Positions 22,104-34,363 are shown, numbered from the stretch's first letter. The stretch: DNA of 64,000 nt from Pseudomonas aeruginosa PAO1 (GCF_000006765.1 NC_002516.2), one strand, 5' to 3'. The notes: generated by a model from the sequence alone, not told the origin. A program made the numbers and translations.

Positions 22104-23426
22104 TCAGGCCTCCTTCTCGTCGAGGATGCGGTATTCGGCACTACGCGCGTGGGCGGTCAACGACTCGCCGCGAGCCAGCACCGAGGCGGTACGACCGAGG
22201 ACCGAAGCGCCCTCGGCCGAGCAGTTGATGATCGACGAACGCTTCTGGAAGTCATATACCCCCAGCGGCGAAGAGAAACGCGCGGTACCGGAGGTCGGCA
22301 GCACGTGGTTCGGGCCGGCGCAATAGTCGCCCAGGGCCTCGGCAGTGTAGCGGCCCATGAAGATCGCGCCGGCATGGCGGATCTCCGGCAGCCAGCTTTC
22401 CGGATCGGCCACCGACAGCTCCAGGTGTTCCGGGGCGATGCGGTTGGCGACCGCACAGGCCTGGGCCTGGTCGGCGACCTGGATCAGCGCGCCGCGCCCC
22501 TCCAGGGAGGTGCGGATGATCTCGGCGCGCTCCATGGTCGGCAGCAGGCGAGCGATGCTGTCCGCGACGCGGTCCAGGAACGCCGCATCCGGACTGACCA
22601 GGATCGACTGGGCGTCTTCGTCGTGTTCGGCCTGGGAGAACAGGTCCATGGCGATCCAGTCGGGATCGGTCTGGCCATCGCAGACCACGAGGATTTCCGA
22701 GGGACCGGCGATCATGTCGATGCCGACCTGGCCGAACACGTGACGCTTGGCGGTGGCCACGTAGATGTTGCCGGGGCCGACGATCTTGTCCACCCGCGGC
22801 ACGCTTTCGGTGCCGTAGGCCAACGCGGCCACGGCCTGTGCCCCGCCGATGGTGAAGACACGGTCGACGCCGGCGATGCAGGCGGCGGCGAGGACGATCT
22901 CGTTGATCTCGCCGCGCGGGGTCGGTACAACCATGACCACTTCGGACACCCCGGCGACCTTGGCCGGGATCGCATTCATCAGCACCGAGGACGGGTAGGA
23001 CGCCTTGCCGCCCGGCACATAGAGCCCGGCGCGGTCCAGCGGGGTGACCTGCTGGCCGAGCACCGTGCCGTCGGCCTCGGTGTAGCGCCAGGAACCCTGC
23101 TTCTGCTTCTCGTGGTAGCTGCGCACGCGCTCGGCGGCGACTTCCAGGGCTTCGCGCTGGGCTACGGTGATACGTGTGAGAGCCAGCTCCAGGCGCTCGC
23201 GCGGCAGGATCAGGTCGGCCATCGAGGCGGCCTGGAGACCGTCGAAGCGCTGGGTGAACTCGACCACGGCGGCGTCGCCACGGCTGCGTACGGCGGCGAT
23301 GATGTCGAGGACGCGCTGGTTGACCGAATCGTCGGAGACACTTTCCCAGCTCAGCAGATGATCCAGATGACGCCCGAAGTCCGGATCAGCGGCATTGAGT
23401 CGACGGATAGCGAAGGGAGCGGTCAT
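22104..23426 (-). CDS. hisD: Histidinol dehydrogenase
   Basis: [46 protein letters not shown]. Confidence 0.97.
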   Translation of the reverse strand: MTAPFAIRRLNAADPDFGRHLDHLLSWESVSDDSVNQRVLDIIAAVRSRGDAAVVEFTQRFDGLQAASMADLILPRERLELALTRITVAQREALEVAAERVRSYHEKQKQGSWRYTEADGTVLGQQVTPLDRAGLYVPGGKASYPSSVLMNAIPAKVAGVSEVVMVVPTPRGEINEIVLAAACIAGVDRVFTIGGAQAVAALAYGTESVPRVDKIVGPGNIYVATAKRHVFGQVGIDMIAGPSEILVVCDGQTDPDWIAMDLFSQAEHDEDAQSILVSPDAAFLDRVADSIARLLPTMERAEIIRTSLEGRGALIQVADQAQACAVANRIAPEHLELSVADPESWLPEIRHAGAIFMGRYTAEALGDYCAGPNHVLPTSGTARFSSPLGVYDFQKRSSIINCSAEGASVLGRTASVLARGESLTAHARSAEYRILDEKEA

Positions 23427-23551
23427 AGCGAGCCTCTTTTATGGATGGCGTTGTCTCGGGCGCCGCTAGACTACCAAGCCCACCGTGCGGGCACCCGAGA
23501 AAATTTGGCTATGACACGGATAGGCAGGTGCGGCGCGGAGCCGCACGGGTA

Positions 23552-24187
23552 TCAGTGACGGTGTCGCGCCTCGACGGCGTCGCGCAGGGTATCGATCAGC
23601 GACTGGATGCGACCGTGCTGCATCTTCATCGAGGCCTTGTTGACCACCAGGCGCGAGCTGATCGTGGCGATCAGTTCCTGGGGCTCCAGGCCGTTGGCGC
23701 GCAGGGTATTGCCGGTATCCACGACGTCAATGATCTTGTCGGCGAGACCGACCAGCGGCGCCAGCTCCATCGAGCCGTACAGCTTGATCACGTCGACCTG
23801 GCGGCCCTGCTCGGCGTAGTAGCGCTTGGCGACATTGACGAACTTGGTGGCCACCCGCAGGCGTCCCTTGGGTTCAGGCGCGCCAATGGCGCCGGCGGTC
23901 ATCAGCTTGCAGTTGGCGATACGCAGGTCCAGCGGTTCGTAGAGTCCCTGGCCGCCGTACTCCATCAGCACGTCCTTGCCGGCCACGCCGAGATCGGCGG
24001 CGCCATGCTCGACATAGGTCGGCACGTCGGTGGCGCGCACGATGAGCAGGCGCACATCGGACAGGGACGTCGGGATGATCAGCTTGCGGCTCTTGTCCGG
24101 GTTCTCCGACGGTACGATGCCCGCCGCTGCGAGCAGCGGCAGGGTATCGTCGAGAATCCGGCCCTTGGACAAGGCGATGGTCAGCAT
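23552..24187 (-). CDS. hisG: ATP phosphoribosyltransferase, short form (HisZ-dependent); start at MLTIALSKG
   Basis: [38 protein letters not shown]; 211 aa, lacking the C-terminal regulatory domain. Confidence 0.95.
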
Positions 24188-24204
24188 TTGCGCGACAGCC
24201 TCCG

Positions 24205-25730
<1,526 letters not shown>

Positions 25731-25769
25731 GCTCAACCTCAATCGGGCGCCCTACGCGCACGGTCGGCC

Positions 25770-25798
25770 ATCATACAAAAAAGCCCTCCGCCTGCGAA
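25770..25798 (-). promoter_or_regulatory. Internal sigma70 promoter candidate for ibaG-murA-his
   Basis: TTCGCA (25793-25798), 17 bp, TATGAT (25770-25775). Confidence 0.55.
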
Positions 25799-25846
25799 CC
25801 CCAGGAAGGGACGCGCAGACGGAGGGCCGCTCGTTCCGCCGGCCGG
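25777..25846 (-). ncRNA. Long terminator hairpin in the mlaB 3' UTR; candidate 3'-derived sRNA. I recall an annotated PAO1 sRNA between PA4451 and PA4452, unverified.
   Basis: Roughly 20-bp stem 25783-25827 (with G-U pairs) ending in T6 on the minus strand. Confidence 0.45.
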
Positions 25847-26155
25847 TCATTCCTGCAAAGGCAGGATCTCCAGAAGGCTGCTGACCTTGGCAATCTCCCG
25901 CATGTCGTCCGGCAACGCCCTGACGCTCAGGACCTTGCCGGCCTTGCGTGCGTCGCGTATGAAGGCCAGCAACAGGGAAATGCCCACGCTGCTGGAGCGC
26001 TCCACCGCCGAGCAGTCGACGACCAGTTCCGCCGCCTGGCTGGCGCGGATCAGCCGACCGCCCTGCTCGCGCAACGCCGGCCCGCTGCTGTAGTCGAGCA
26101 CGCCGGCGAGCTGCAGTTCGCCGGCCGCGCCTTCGCGCAGGCTGGCCTGGCTCAT
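25847..26155 (-). CDS. mlaB: Mla STAS-domain subunit
   Basis: VDCSAVERSSSVGISLL STAS motif; operon position. Confidence 0.9.
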   Translation of the reverse strand: MSQASLREGAAGELQLAGVLDYSSGPALREQGGRLIRASQAAELVVDCSAVERSSSVGISLLLAFIRDARKAGKVLSVRALPDDMREIAKVSSLLEILPLQE

Positions 26156-26799
26156 TTCGCCCCGGCCTCTTCCGCTTTCGCGGTTTCCTTGGCCTTGGCG
26201 ACCACCTCGCCCCAGCCGGCGATGGTCTTCTCGAGGTCGTTGCGGTTCTTCTGCATGGTGTCGGCGAACTGGTCGCGGAACAGCTTGCCGATGTTGATGC
26301 CGTTGATGATCACGTTGCGGACCTTCCAGCCACCGGCCAGGTTGGTCATGGTGTAGGAGACCGGATAGACCGTGCCCTTGCTGTCACGGATCTCCATGTT
26401 GACGCTGGCGCGATCGTCGCTCGGCTTGGCCGAACTAGGCAGCACGCGGATGTCCTGGTTGTCGTATTCGAGCAGCGCGTTGCCGTAGAACTGCATCAGG
26501 CTGTTCTTGAACACTTCCTCGAAGCGCTTGATCTGCTCGGGTGAGGCCTGGCGCGAGTACTTGACGGTCATCACGCTCTTGGCGATGCCTTCGGCATCGA
26601 CCACCGGCCCAAGGATACGGTCGAGAGTGGCGTAGAGCTTTTGCGGATCGGCCTTGTAGGCGGCCTTGTTGGCCTTGATGTCGGAAAGCAGTTCGTCGAC
26701 CGTGCCCTGCACCACCTGTTGCGGGGTCGGCGCCGCCATGGAAAGCAGCGGGAAAGCCGCCAGGAACACCAGCAGGCCGCGACGCAGAAGAGTCAGCAT
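26152..26799 (-). CDS. mlaC: Periplasmic phospholipid shuttle MlaC/Ttg2D; start at MLTLLRR
   Basis: Signal peptide, WKVRNVIINGINIGKLFRDQF. Confidence 0.92.
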   Translation of the reverse strand: MLTLLRRGLLVFLAAFPLLSMAAPTPQQVVQGTVDELLSDIKANKAAYKADPQKLYATLDRILGPVVDAEGIAKSVMTVKYSRQASPEQIKRFEEVFKNSLMQFYGNALLEYDNQDIRVLPSSAKPSDDRASVNMEIRDSKGTVYPVSYTMTNLAGGWKVRNVIINGINIGKLFRDQFADTMQKNRNDLEKTIAGWGEVVAKAKETAKAEEAGAK

Positions 26800-26810
26800 G
26801 GAAGAAAACC

Positions 26811-27284
26811 TCACTTTTTGGCTTCGTCTTTGTTAACCGAGTTCAGCAGGAACTTGCCGATCAGGTCTTCCAGCACCAGCGCCGACTGGGTGTCGTGGAT
26901 GGTGCTGCCGTCCTTCAGAACGTCCTCGTCGCCGCCGACGCTGATGCCGATGTATTTCTCGCCCAGCAGGCCGGCGGTCAGGATCGACGCCGTGGAATCG
27001 ACCGGCAGGTTGTTCACGTTCTGGTTGATCTCCATGGTCACGCGACCAGTGTAGCTGTCGCGATCCAGGTCGACCGCCGTCACCTTGCCGATCGTCACGC
27101 CGGCCAGGGTGACCTTGCCGCGCACGGTAACACCGGCGATGTTGTCGAAGTAGGCGTAGACCTTGTAGGTATCGCCGGCGTTGCCCACGCTCAGGCCGCT
27201 GACCCGCAGGGCCAGCAGCAACAGGGCCAGCAGGCCGGCCAGGAGGAACAGGCCGACACCGATTTCCAGGGTGCGGGTTTGCAT
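26811..27284 (-). CDS. mlaD: MCE-domain protein MlaD
   Basis: N-terminal TM, AYFDNIAG, VTLAGVTIGKV, LLGEKYIGI, LEDLIGKFL. Confidence 0.95.
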   Translation of the reverse strand: MQTRTLEIGVGLFLLAGLLALLLLALRVSGLSVGNAGDTYKVYAYFDNIAGVTVRGKVTLAGVTIGKVTAVDLDRDSYTGRVTMEINQNVNNLPVDSTASILTAGLLGEKYIGISVGGDEDVLKDGSTIHDTQSALVLEDLIGKFLLNSVNKDEAKK

Positions 27285-28082
27285 TCAGAAATCTCCAAAC
27301 ATCAAAGCAGTCAGAATGAAGTCGAGCCCCAGCACCGCCAGGGAGGCATAGACCACGGTCCGGGTCGTCGCCCGGCTGATTCCTTCCGAGGTCGGCTCGC
27401 AGTCGTAGCCTTGGTAGACCGCGATCCAGGTCACCACGAAGGCGAATACGATACTTTTGATCACGCCGTTGAGCACATCCTCGGTGAACTGCACGCTGTT
27501 CTGCATGTTCGCCCAGAACGACCCCTCGTATACGCCCAGCCAGTCGACCGCGACCATCGCCCCACCCCAGATGCCGACCACGCTGAAGATCGCGGCGAGC
27601 AGCGGCATGGAGATGAAACCGGCCCACAGGCGCGGCGCGACGATGTACTTGAGCGGGTCGACACCGATCATTTCCAGGCTGGAAAGCTGTTCGGTGGCCT
27701 TCATGTTGCCGATTTCCGCGGTAAGCGCAGAGCCGGCACGGCCGGCGAACAGCAGGCCGGTCACCACCGGCCCCAGTTCGCGCAGCAGGGTCAGGGCCAC
27801 CATCTGCCCGACCGCCTGCTCGGAACCATAGGAAATCAGGATGTTGTAGCCCTGCAGGGCCAGCACCATGCCAATGAACAGGCCCGAGACGACGATGATC
27901 GCCAGCGACAGCACGCCTACCGAGTAGAGTTGCTTCACCAGCAGGTGCAAACCGGTGCCTGGCGTGCGCCGGCCGAGCAGGGCGTGGCCGAGGAACAGGG
28001 TCGAGCGGCCGAGCGCGGCGACCACGTCCAGGCCGGCGCGGCCGAACAGGCGGATACGTTCGAGGGGAGAGACTCTACGCAT
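27285..28082 (-). CDS. mlaE: Mla ABC permease
   Basis: [29 protein letters not shown]. Confidence 0.96.
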   Translation of the reverse strand: MRRVSPLERIRLFGRAGLDVVAALGRSTLFLGHALLGRRTPGTGLHLLVKQLYSVGVLSLAIIVVSGLFIGMVLALQGYNILISYGSEQAVGQMVALTLLRELGPVVTGLLFAGRAGSALTAEIGNMKATEQLSSLEMIGVDPLKYIVAPRLWAGFISMPLLAAIFSVVGIWGGAMVAVDWLGVYEGSFWANMQNSVQFTEDVLNGVIKSIVFAFVVTWIAVYQGYDCEPTSEGISRATTRTVVYASLAVLGLDFILTALMFGDF

Positions 28083-28891
28083 CAGCGCTCTCCCAGCAGG
28101 TCGGCCCGGTAGTCGCGGGCCGGATAATGGAACGGAACGGGACCATCCGGGATTCCCTTGACGAACTGGCGGATACGAGGATCGTCGGTTTCCTTGAGGA
28201 CGTCCGGCGTCCCGTGGCCAAGTACCCGGCCGTCGCCGACGATATAGATGTAGTCGGCGATGCTGGCGGTCTCGGCCAGGTCATGGGAAACCACGATGCT
28301 GGTGATGCCGAGGGCATCGTTGAGCAGGCGGATCAGGCGCACCAGGACGCCCATGGCGATCGGATCCTGCCCCACGAACGGCTCGTCGTAGAGCAGGATC
28401 TGCGGGTCCAGGGCGATCGCCCGGGCCAGGGCGACGCGGCGCTTCATGCCGCCGGAAAGCTCGTCCGGCATCAGTTCCACGGCGCCGCGCAGGCCGACGG
28501 CCTGAAGCTTCATCAGGACGATGTCGCGGATCATCTCTTCCGGCAGCTGGGTATGCACGCGCAGCGGAAATGCGACGTTCTCGAAGACGTCGAGATCGGT
28601 GAACAGCGCCCCGCTCTGGAACAGCACGCCGAACTGCTTGCGCATGTCGAACAGGTCGCCGCGCGAAAGCTGCGGCAGGTTCTGCCCGTTGACCCAGACC
28701 TCCCCCTTCGAAGGACGCAACTGGGAGGCGATCAGCCGCAGCAACGTGGTCTTGCCGCAACCGGACGGGCCCATGATGCCGGTCACCTTTCCGCGCGGGA
28801 TACGCACATCGATGTTGTCGAAAATCGCCCGCGATCCGCGCTTGAAGGTCAGGCCCTTCAACTCGACCGCGTAGGCACTATCGGTGCTCAT
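28082..28891 (-). CDS. mlaF: Mla ABC ATPase; start at MSTDSAY
   Basis: [32 protein letters not shown]. Confidence 0.96.
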   Translation of the reverse strand: MSTDSAYAVELKGLTFKRGSRAIFDNIDVRIPRGKVTGIMGPSGCGKTTLLRLIASQLRPSKGEVWVNGQNLPQLSRGDLFDMRKQFGVLFQSGALFTDLDVFENVAFPLRVHTQLPEEMIRDIVLMKLQAVGLRGAVELMPDELSGGMKRRVALARAIALDPQILLYDEPFVGQDPIAMGVLVRLIRLLNDALGITSIVVSHDLAETASIADYIYIVGDGRVLGHGTPDVLKETDDPRIRQFVKGIPDGPVPFHYPARDYRADLLGER

Positions 28892-28978
28892 CAGGACTCC
28901 TTGCGATGCGACCCGTCCATGCTGGACGCCTTGCCCCGTTGCAAAGGCACGCATCCCGGAGGGGTCGAATGGGCGCGG

Positions 28979-29008
28979 ACTATAGCACTGCGGCGGGTTC
29001 TGGCCCAA
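28979..29008 (-). promoter_or_regulatory. Sigma70 promoter candidate for mlaF
   Basis: TTGGGC, 18 bp, extended -10 TGcTATAGT. Confidence 0.5.
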
Positions 29009-29023
29009 GGCCTGGCACCGTGC

Positions 29024-29041
29024 CGTTCAGCTTGGATTCAG
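29024..29041. promoter_or_regulatory. PhoP-box-like direct repeat upstream of the mlaF promoter
   Basis: CGTTCAG-cttgg-ATTCAG, 11-bp period; matches the P. aeruginosa PhoP consensus as I recall it (CGTTCAG-N5-RTTCAG). Confidence 0.65.
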
Positions 29042-29270
29042 CTTGTTCGGAGCGTTCTCTCAGCCCTTTAGGACATATCGCACACTTCAGGTTCACTACG
29101 GACAGAAAAAAATCGCGTCGACGTCGAATATATCGACATTTATGCAGTCATAGCGCGGAGTGCAGATAACGGCGGCGTAACAGAGCATTGCAGTCCATAC
29201 AACATTGCGCCGCGGGGGATGCGGACCGACTTCACAGCATGGCTGGTGTAAGCGGGGCACGCTTTCCCGT

Positions 29271-29276
29271 TATAAT
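29271..29276 (+). promoter_or_regulatory. -10 box for the kdsD-lpt-rpoN cluster
   Basis: Perfect TATAAT about 35 bp before the kdsD start, GC-rich discriminator, weak -35. Confidence 0.5.
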
Positions 29277-29310
29277 CCCGCCTTTAATCCAGGCGCCACA
29301 TTCGTTGAAC

Positions 29311-30285
29311 ATGAGCCAGAACCTCGATTTCATCCATTCCGCCCAGCGCACCATCGGCCTCGAGCGCGACGCGGTAGACAGCCTGCTGGCGCGGATTGGC
29401 GACGATTTCGTCAAGGCCTGCGAACTGCTGCTGGCCGGCAAGGGCCGGGTCGTCGTCGTCGGCATGGGCAAATCCGGCCACGTCGGCAAAAAGATCGCCG
29501 CTACCCTGGCCAGCACCGGCACCCCCTCCTTCTTCGTGCATCCGGCCGAGGCCAGCCATGGCGACATGGGCATGATCACCAAGGACGACGTGGTCCTCGC
29601 CCTGTCCAACTCCGGCTCGACTGCCGAAATCGTCACCCTGTTGCCTCTGATCAAGCGCCTGGGCATCACCCTGATCAGCATGACCGGTAACCCCGAGTCG
29701 CCCCTGGCCAAGGCTGCGGAAGTGAACCTGGACGCCAGTGTCGGCCAGGAAGCCTGCCCACTGAACCTGGCCCCGACCTCCTCCACCACCGTAACCCTGG
29801 TCCTCGGCGACGCCCTGGCGATCGCCCTGCTCGAAGCCCGCGGCTTTACCGCGGAAGACTTCGCCTTCTCGCACCCGGGCGGTGCGCTGGGCCGCCGACT
29901 GCTGCTGAAGGTGGAAGACGTCATGCACGTCGGCGAAGGGCTGCCGCAGGTGCTGCTCGGCACCTCGCTGACCGGCGCGCTGATGGAAATGACCCGCAAG
30001 GGCCTGGGCATGACCGTAGTGCTCGACGAACATGGCAAGCTTGCCGGCATTTTCACCGATGGCGACCTGCGTCGCGCCCTGGATCGGGGCATCGACGTCC
30101 GCCAGGTCACCATCGACCAGGTGATGACCGTCCACGGCAAGACCGTCCGCGCCGAGATCCTCGCCGCGGAAGCCCTGAAGATCATGGAAGACAACAAGAT
30201 CGGCGCACTGGTGGTGGTCGACGCGGACGACCGTCCGGTCGGCGCCCTGAACATGCACGACCTGTTGCGCGCAGGAGTGATGTAA
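29311..30285 (+). CDS. kdsD: Arabinose-5-phosphate isomerase; start at MSQNL (or TTG at 29305)
   Basis: GMGKSGHVGKKIAATLASTGTP, HGDMG, SHPGGALG, two CBS domains. Confidence 0.96.
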   Translation: MSQNLDFIHSAQRTIGLERDAVDSLLARIGDDFVKACELLLAGKGRVVVVGMGKSGHVGKKIAATLASTGTPSFFVHPAEASHGDMGMITKDDVVLALSNSGSTAEIVTLLPLIKRLGITLISMTGNPESPLAKAAEVNLDASVGQEACPLNLAPTSSTTVTLVLGDALAIALLEARGFTAEDFAFSHPGGALGRRLLLKVEDVMHVGEGLPQVLLGTSLTGALMEMTRKGLGMTVVLDEHGKLAGIFTDGDLRRALDRGIDVRQVTIDQVMTVHGKTVRAEILAAEALKIMEDNKIGALVVVDADDRPVGALNMHDLLRAGVM

Positions 30286-30824
30286 TGAGCGATACCCATT
30301 CGGCCGCGGAACTCCCGGTCCGGGCCAGCCGGATACGCCTGGCGATCTTCGACGTCGACGGCGTGCTGACCGACGGCAAGCTGTATTTCCTCGTCGACGG
30401 CAGCGAGTTCAAGACCTTCAACACCCTGGACGGACATGGCATCAAGATGCTCATCGCCTCCGGCGTGCGCACCGCCATCATCACCGGCCGCGACACTCCG
30501 GTGGTCGAACGGCGCGCGCGCAACCTGGGCATCCAGCATCTCTATCAGGGCCGGGAAGACAAGCTCGCCGTCCTCGACGAACTTCTCGGCGAACTCGGAC
30601 TAGGCTATGAGCAAGTCGCCTACCTTGGCGACGACCTGCCCGATCTGCCGGTGATCCGCCGCGTCGGCCTGGGCATGGCGGTAGCCAGTGCCGACCCGTT
30701 CGTGCGCCAGCATGCCCATGGCGTCACCGCGGCCCGCGGCGGCGAAGGCGCCGCCCGCGAGTTCTGCGAACTGATCATGCGCGCCCAGGGTACGCTCGAA
30801 GCCGCCCAGAGCGCCTATCTGTAG
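30285..30824 (+). CDS. kdsC: KDO-8-phosphate phosphatase
   Basis: FDVDGVLTDG HAD motif, GDDLPD, GGEGAAREF. Confidence 0.96.
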   Translation: MSDTHSAAELPVRASRIRLAIFDVDGVLTDGKLYFLVDGSEFKTFNTLDGHGIKMLIASGVRTAIITGRDTPVVERRARNLGIQHLYQGREDKLAVLDELLGELGLGYEQVAYLGDDLPDLPVIRRVGLGMAVASADPFVRQHAHGVTAARGGEGAAREFCELIMRAQGTLEAAQSAYL

Positions 30825-30832
30825 AGCCGACC

Positions 30833-31405
30833 ATGCCGAAGACACTACGCCAGAAACTGCTGCTCGCCCTGATCGCCCTGTTGCTGATCGTCGCGGGCTA
30901 CTACTGGAACGTCGGGCTCGAGCTGTTCAACGAACAGCCGACCCGTCCCGGCCAGGACAATACCATCGACTACTATGCCGAGAATGCCCATAGCCTCCAG
31001 TACCAGGAGGACGGCAGCCTCGACTACGAGATGACCGCGGTGAAGCTGGAGCACCAGAAAGCCACGGACATCACTTTCGTCACCACCCCCGACCTGCTGC
31101 TCTTCCGTGGCAACGTGCAACCCTGGCACATCCAGAGCGCCCGCGCCGAAGTCGGACCGAAAGGCAAGGAGGTCGAACTCATCGACGACGTGCGCGTCGC
31201 ACGTACCGATGCCAAGGGCCAACCAAGCATCCTGACCACCACTCGGCTGACCGTATTCCCCGACAAGAATTATGCACAGACCGAGCAAGCCGTTAAAATC
31301 GACGCGGCCAATGGAGTGACGACGGCTGTTGGAATGAAAGCGTATCTGAAAGACAGCCGGATGCACCTGCTGTCCAACGTAAGAGGTCAGCATGAGGTTC
31401 GTTAA
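30833..31405 (+). CDS. lptC: LPS export protein LptC
   Basis: N-terminal TM followed by a beta-jellyroll-like region; operon position. Confidence 0.9.
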   Translation: MPKTLRQKLLLALIALLLIVAGYYWNVGLELFNEQPTRPGQDNTIDYYAENAHSLQYQEDGSLDYEMTAVKLEHQKATDITFVTTPDLLLFRGNVQPWHIQSARAEVGPKGKEVELIDDVRVARTDAKGQPSILTTTRLTVFPDKNYAQTEQAVKIDAANGVTTAVGMKAYLKDSRMHLLSNVRGQHEVR

Positions 31406-31919
31406 TACCCTCCCCCTTATTTTCGGTCTGACTGCCGCCCTCGGCAGCTCCATGGCCTTGGCCCTGCCTTCGGACCGCGAACAACCGATCCGCGTCCAGG
31501 CCGACAGCGCCGAACTGGACGACAAGCAGGGCGTCGCGGTCTACCGCGGCGACGTCGTGGTGACCCAGGGCAGCACCAAGCTGACCGGCAACACCGTGAC
31601 CCTGAAGCAGGACAAGAACGGCGACATCGAGGTCGTGACCTCAGTCGGCAAGCCTGCCTACTACGAGCAGAAACCCGCTCCGGACAAGGACGTGACCAAG
31701 GCCTATGGCCTGACCATCCAGTACTTCGTCACGCAGAACCGGGTCGTGCTGATCGACCAGGCCAAGGTGATCCAGGAAGGCAACACCTTCGAAGGCGAGA
31801 AGATCGTCTACGACACCCAGCGCCAGATCGTCAACGCGGGTCGTGCCACCGGCTCCCAGGTGACCAGCCCGCGCCCACGCATCGACATGGTCATCCAGCC
31901 GAAGAAAAAGGCCCAGTAA
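31392..31919 (+). CDS. lptA: LPS transport periplasmic protein LptA (LptH)
   Basis: Signal peptide, [31 protein letters not shown]. Confidence 0.93.
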   Translation: MRFVNTLPLIFGLTAALGSSMALALPSDREQPIRVQADSAELDDKQGVAVYRGDVVVTQGSTKLTGNTVTLKQDKNGDIEVVTSVGKPAYYEQKPAPDKDVTKAYGLTIQYFVTQNRVVLIDQAKVIQEGNTFEGEKIVYDTQRQIVNAGRATGSQVTSPRPRIDMVIQPKKKAQ

Positions 31920-32644
31920 TGGCAACGCTCAAAGCCCAGCACCTGGCCAAAAGCTATAAAGGCCGGCAAGTCGTCCGCGACGTCAGCATGTCCATCGATA
32001 GCGGGCAGATCGTCGGCCTGCTCGGTCCGAACGGTGCCGGCAAGACCACCTGCTTCTACATGATCGTCGGCCTGGTCCAGGCCGACCAGGGCGTGGTCCG
32101 CATCGACGAGCAGAACGTCACCCACCTGCCGATGCACGGGCGCGCCCGGGCCGGCATCGGCTACCTGCCGCAGGAAGCCTCGATCTTCCGCAAGCTGTCG
32201 GTATCCGACAACATCATGGCGATCCTCGAGACCCGCAGCGACCTCGATCGCAACGGTCGCAAGGAAGCCCTGGAAGGCCTGCTGCAGGAATTCCACATCC
32301 ACCACATCCGCGACAACCTCGGCATGAGCCTGTCCGGCGGCGAACGACGCCGGGTGGAAATCGCCCGCGCCCTGGCCAGCGCGCCGAAATTCATCCTCCT
32401 CGACGAGCCCTTCGCCGGCGTGGACCCGATCTCGGTCGGCGACATCAAGCAGATCATCCATCACCTCAAGGCGAAGGGTATCGGCATCCTCATCACCGAC
32501 CACAACGTCCGCGAGACCCTGGACATCTGTGAAACGGCGTATATCGTCAATGATGGGCAGTTGATCGCGGAAGGGGATGCCGAGAGCATCCTCGCAAACG
32601 ACCTGGTCAAGGAAGTCTACCTGGGGCACGAGTTCCGCCTCTGA
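31919..32644 (+). CDS. lptB: LPS export ABC ATPase
   Basis: [42 protein letters not shown]. Confidence 0.97.
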   Translation: MATLKAQHLAKSYKGRQVVRDVSMSIDSGQIVGLLGPNGAGKTTCFYMIVGLVQADQGVVRIDEQNVTHLPMHGRARAGIGYLPQEASIFRKLSVSDNIMAILETRSDLDRNGRKEALEGLLQEFHIHHIRDNLGMSLSGGERRRVEIARALASAPKFILLDEPFAGVDPISVGDIKQIIHHLKAKGIGILITDHNVRETLDICETAYIVNDGQLIAEGDAESILANDLVKEVYLGHEFRL

Positions 32645-32770
32645 AGAAATCTCCTAGCGCGCCCTCCGGCCTCGCCGGAGCGGTTCCGCTCGCCCGCGGT
32701 TTCGCAACCACGAGTGCCGCCTGGAGCGGATGATTTATTCAGAGCAACCCTAGGCAAAGTACGAAAATTC

Positions 32771-32786
32771 AGGCATATAATTTGCT
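32771..32786 (+). promoter_or_regulatory. rpoN promoter: TATAAT -10 box nested inside a sigma54 -24/-12 site
   Basis: AGGCATATAATTTGCT = GG-N10-GC, with TATAAT at 32776-32781. Confidence 0.7.
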
Positions 32787-32869
32787 TCCTGGCGGTGCCG
32801 CCACCTCGGCACCCGTAGTAGTGGATGGTGCCATCCGGTACCAGCGAATAAGGTACTAAGCCCTCAGCC

Positions 32870-34363
32870 ATGAAACCATCGCTAGTCCTCAAGATGGGCC
32901 AGCAGCTGACGATGACGCCGCAGCTGCAACAGGCCATACGCCTCCTCCAGCTATCCACCCTGGACCTCCAGCAGGAAATCCAGGAAGCGCTGGAATCCAA
33001 TCCCATGCTCGAACGCCAGGAAGACGGCGACGATTTCGACAACAGCGACCCTCTCGCCGATGGCGCCGAACAGGCGGCCAGCGCGCCCCAGGAGAGCCCC
33101 CTCCAGGAAAGCGCCACGCCCAGCGTCGAAAGCCTCGACGACGACCAGTGGAGCGAACGCATACCCAGCGAGTTGCCGGTGGATACCGCCTGGGAAGACA
33201 TCTACCAGACCAGCGCCAGCAGCCTGCCCAGCAACGACGATGACGAGTGGGACTTCACCGCGCGCACCAGCAGCGGCGAGAGCCTGCACAGCCACCTGCT
33301 CTGGCAGGTCAACCTGGCACCGATGTCGGACACCGATCGGATGATCGCGGTGACCATCATCGATAGCATCAACAACGATGGCTACCTCGAAGAGTCCCTC
33401 GAAGAAATCCTCGCCGCCATCGATCCGGAACTGGACGTCGAGCTCGACGAAGTGGAAGTCGTGCTGCGCCGCATCCAGCAACTGGAACCCGCCGGCATCG
33501 GCGCCCGCAACCTGCGCGAGTGCCTGCTGCTGCAACTGCGCCAGTTGCCGTCCACCACGCCCTGGCTGAACGAAGCGCTGCGCCTGGTATCCGACTACCT
33601 CGACCTGCTCGGCGGCCGCGACTACAGCCAATTGATGCGGCGCATGAAGCTCAAGGAAGACGAACTGCGCCAGGTCATCGAGCTGATCCAGTGCCTGCAT
33701 CCCCGGCCCGGTTCGCAGATCGAATCGAGCGAAGCCGAATACATCGTCCCCGACGTCATCGTGCGCAAGGACAACGAGCGCTGGCTGGTCGAGCTGAACC
33801 AGGAGGCGATGCCGCGCCTGCGCGTCAACGCCACCTACGCCGGCATGGTCCGCCGCGCCGATAGCAGCGCCGACAATACCTTCATGCGCAACCAGTTGCA
33901 GGAAGCCCGCTGGTTCATCAAGAGCCTGCAGAGCCGCAACGAAACGCTGATGAAGGTCGCCACCCAGATCGTCGAGCACCAGCGCGGTTTCCTCGACTAC
34001 GGCGAAGAAGCCATGAAGCCGCTGGTCCTGCATGACATCGCCGAAGCGGTGGGCATGCACGAATCGACCATTTCGCGGGTCACCACGCAGAAATACATGC
34101 ATACGCCGCGCGGCATTTTCGAGCTGAAATATTTCTTTTCAAGTCACGTCAGTACCGCTGAAGGCGGGGAATGCTCGTCCACCGCGATCCGCGCGATCAT
34201 CAAGAAACTGGTGGCCGCGGAAAATGCGAAAAAGCCATTGAGCGACAGCAAGATCGCTGGTTTACTGGAGGCACAGGGCATTCAAGTGGCTCGCCGCACC
34301 GTCGCCAAATACCGCGAATCCCTGGGCATAGCCCCTTCGAGCGAGCGCAAGCGACTGGTGTGA
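32870..34363 (+). CDS. rpoN: RNA polymerase sigma-54 factor
   Basis: [34 protein letters not shown] RpoN box. Confidence 0.99.

Noticed and set aside
30578-30610. GAACTT in kdsC as an AlgU/sigmaE promoter for lptA-lptB, by analogy with E. coli
   Set aside because: No matching -10 (TCTGA/TCAAA) at 16-17 bp
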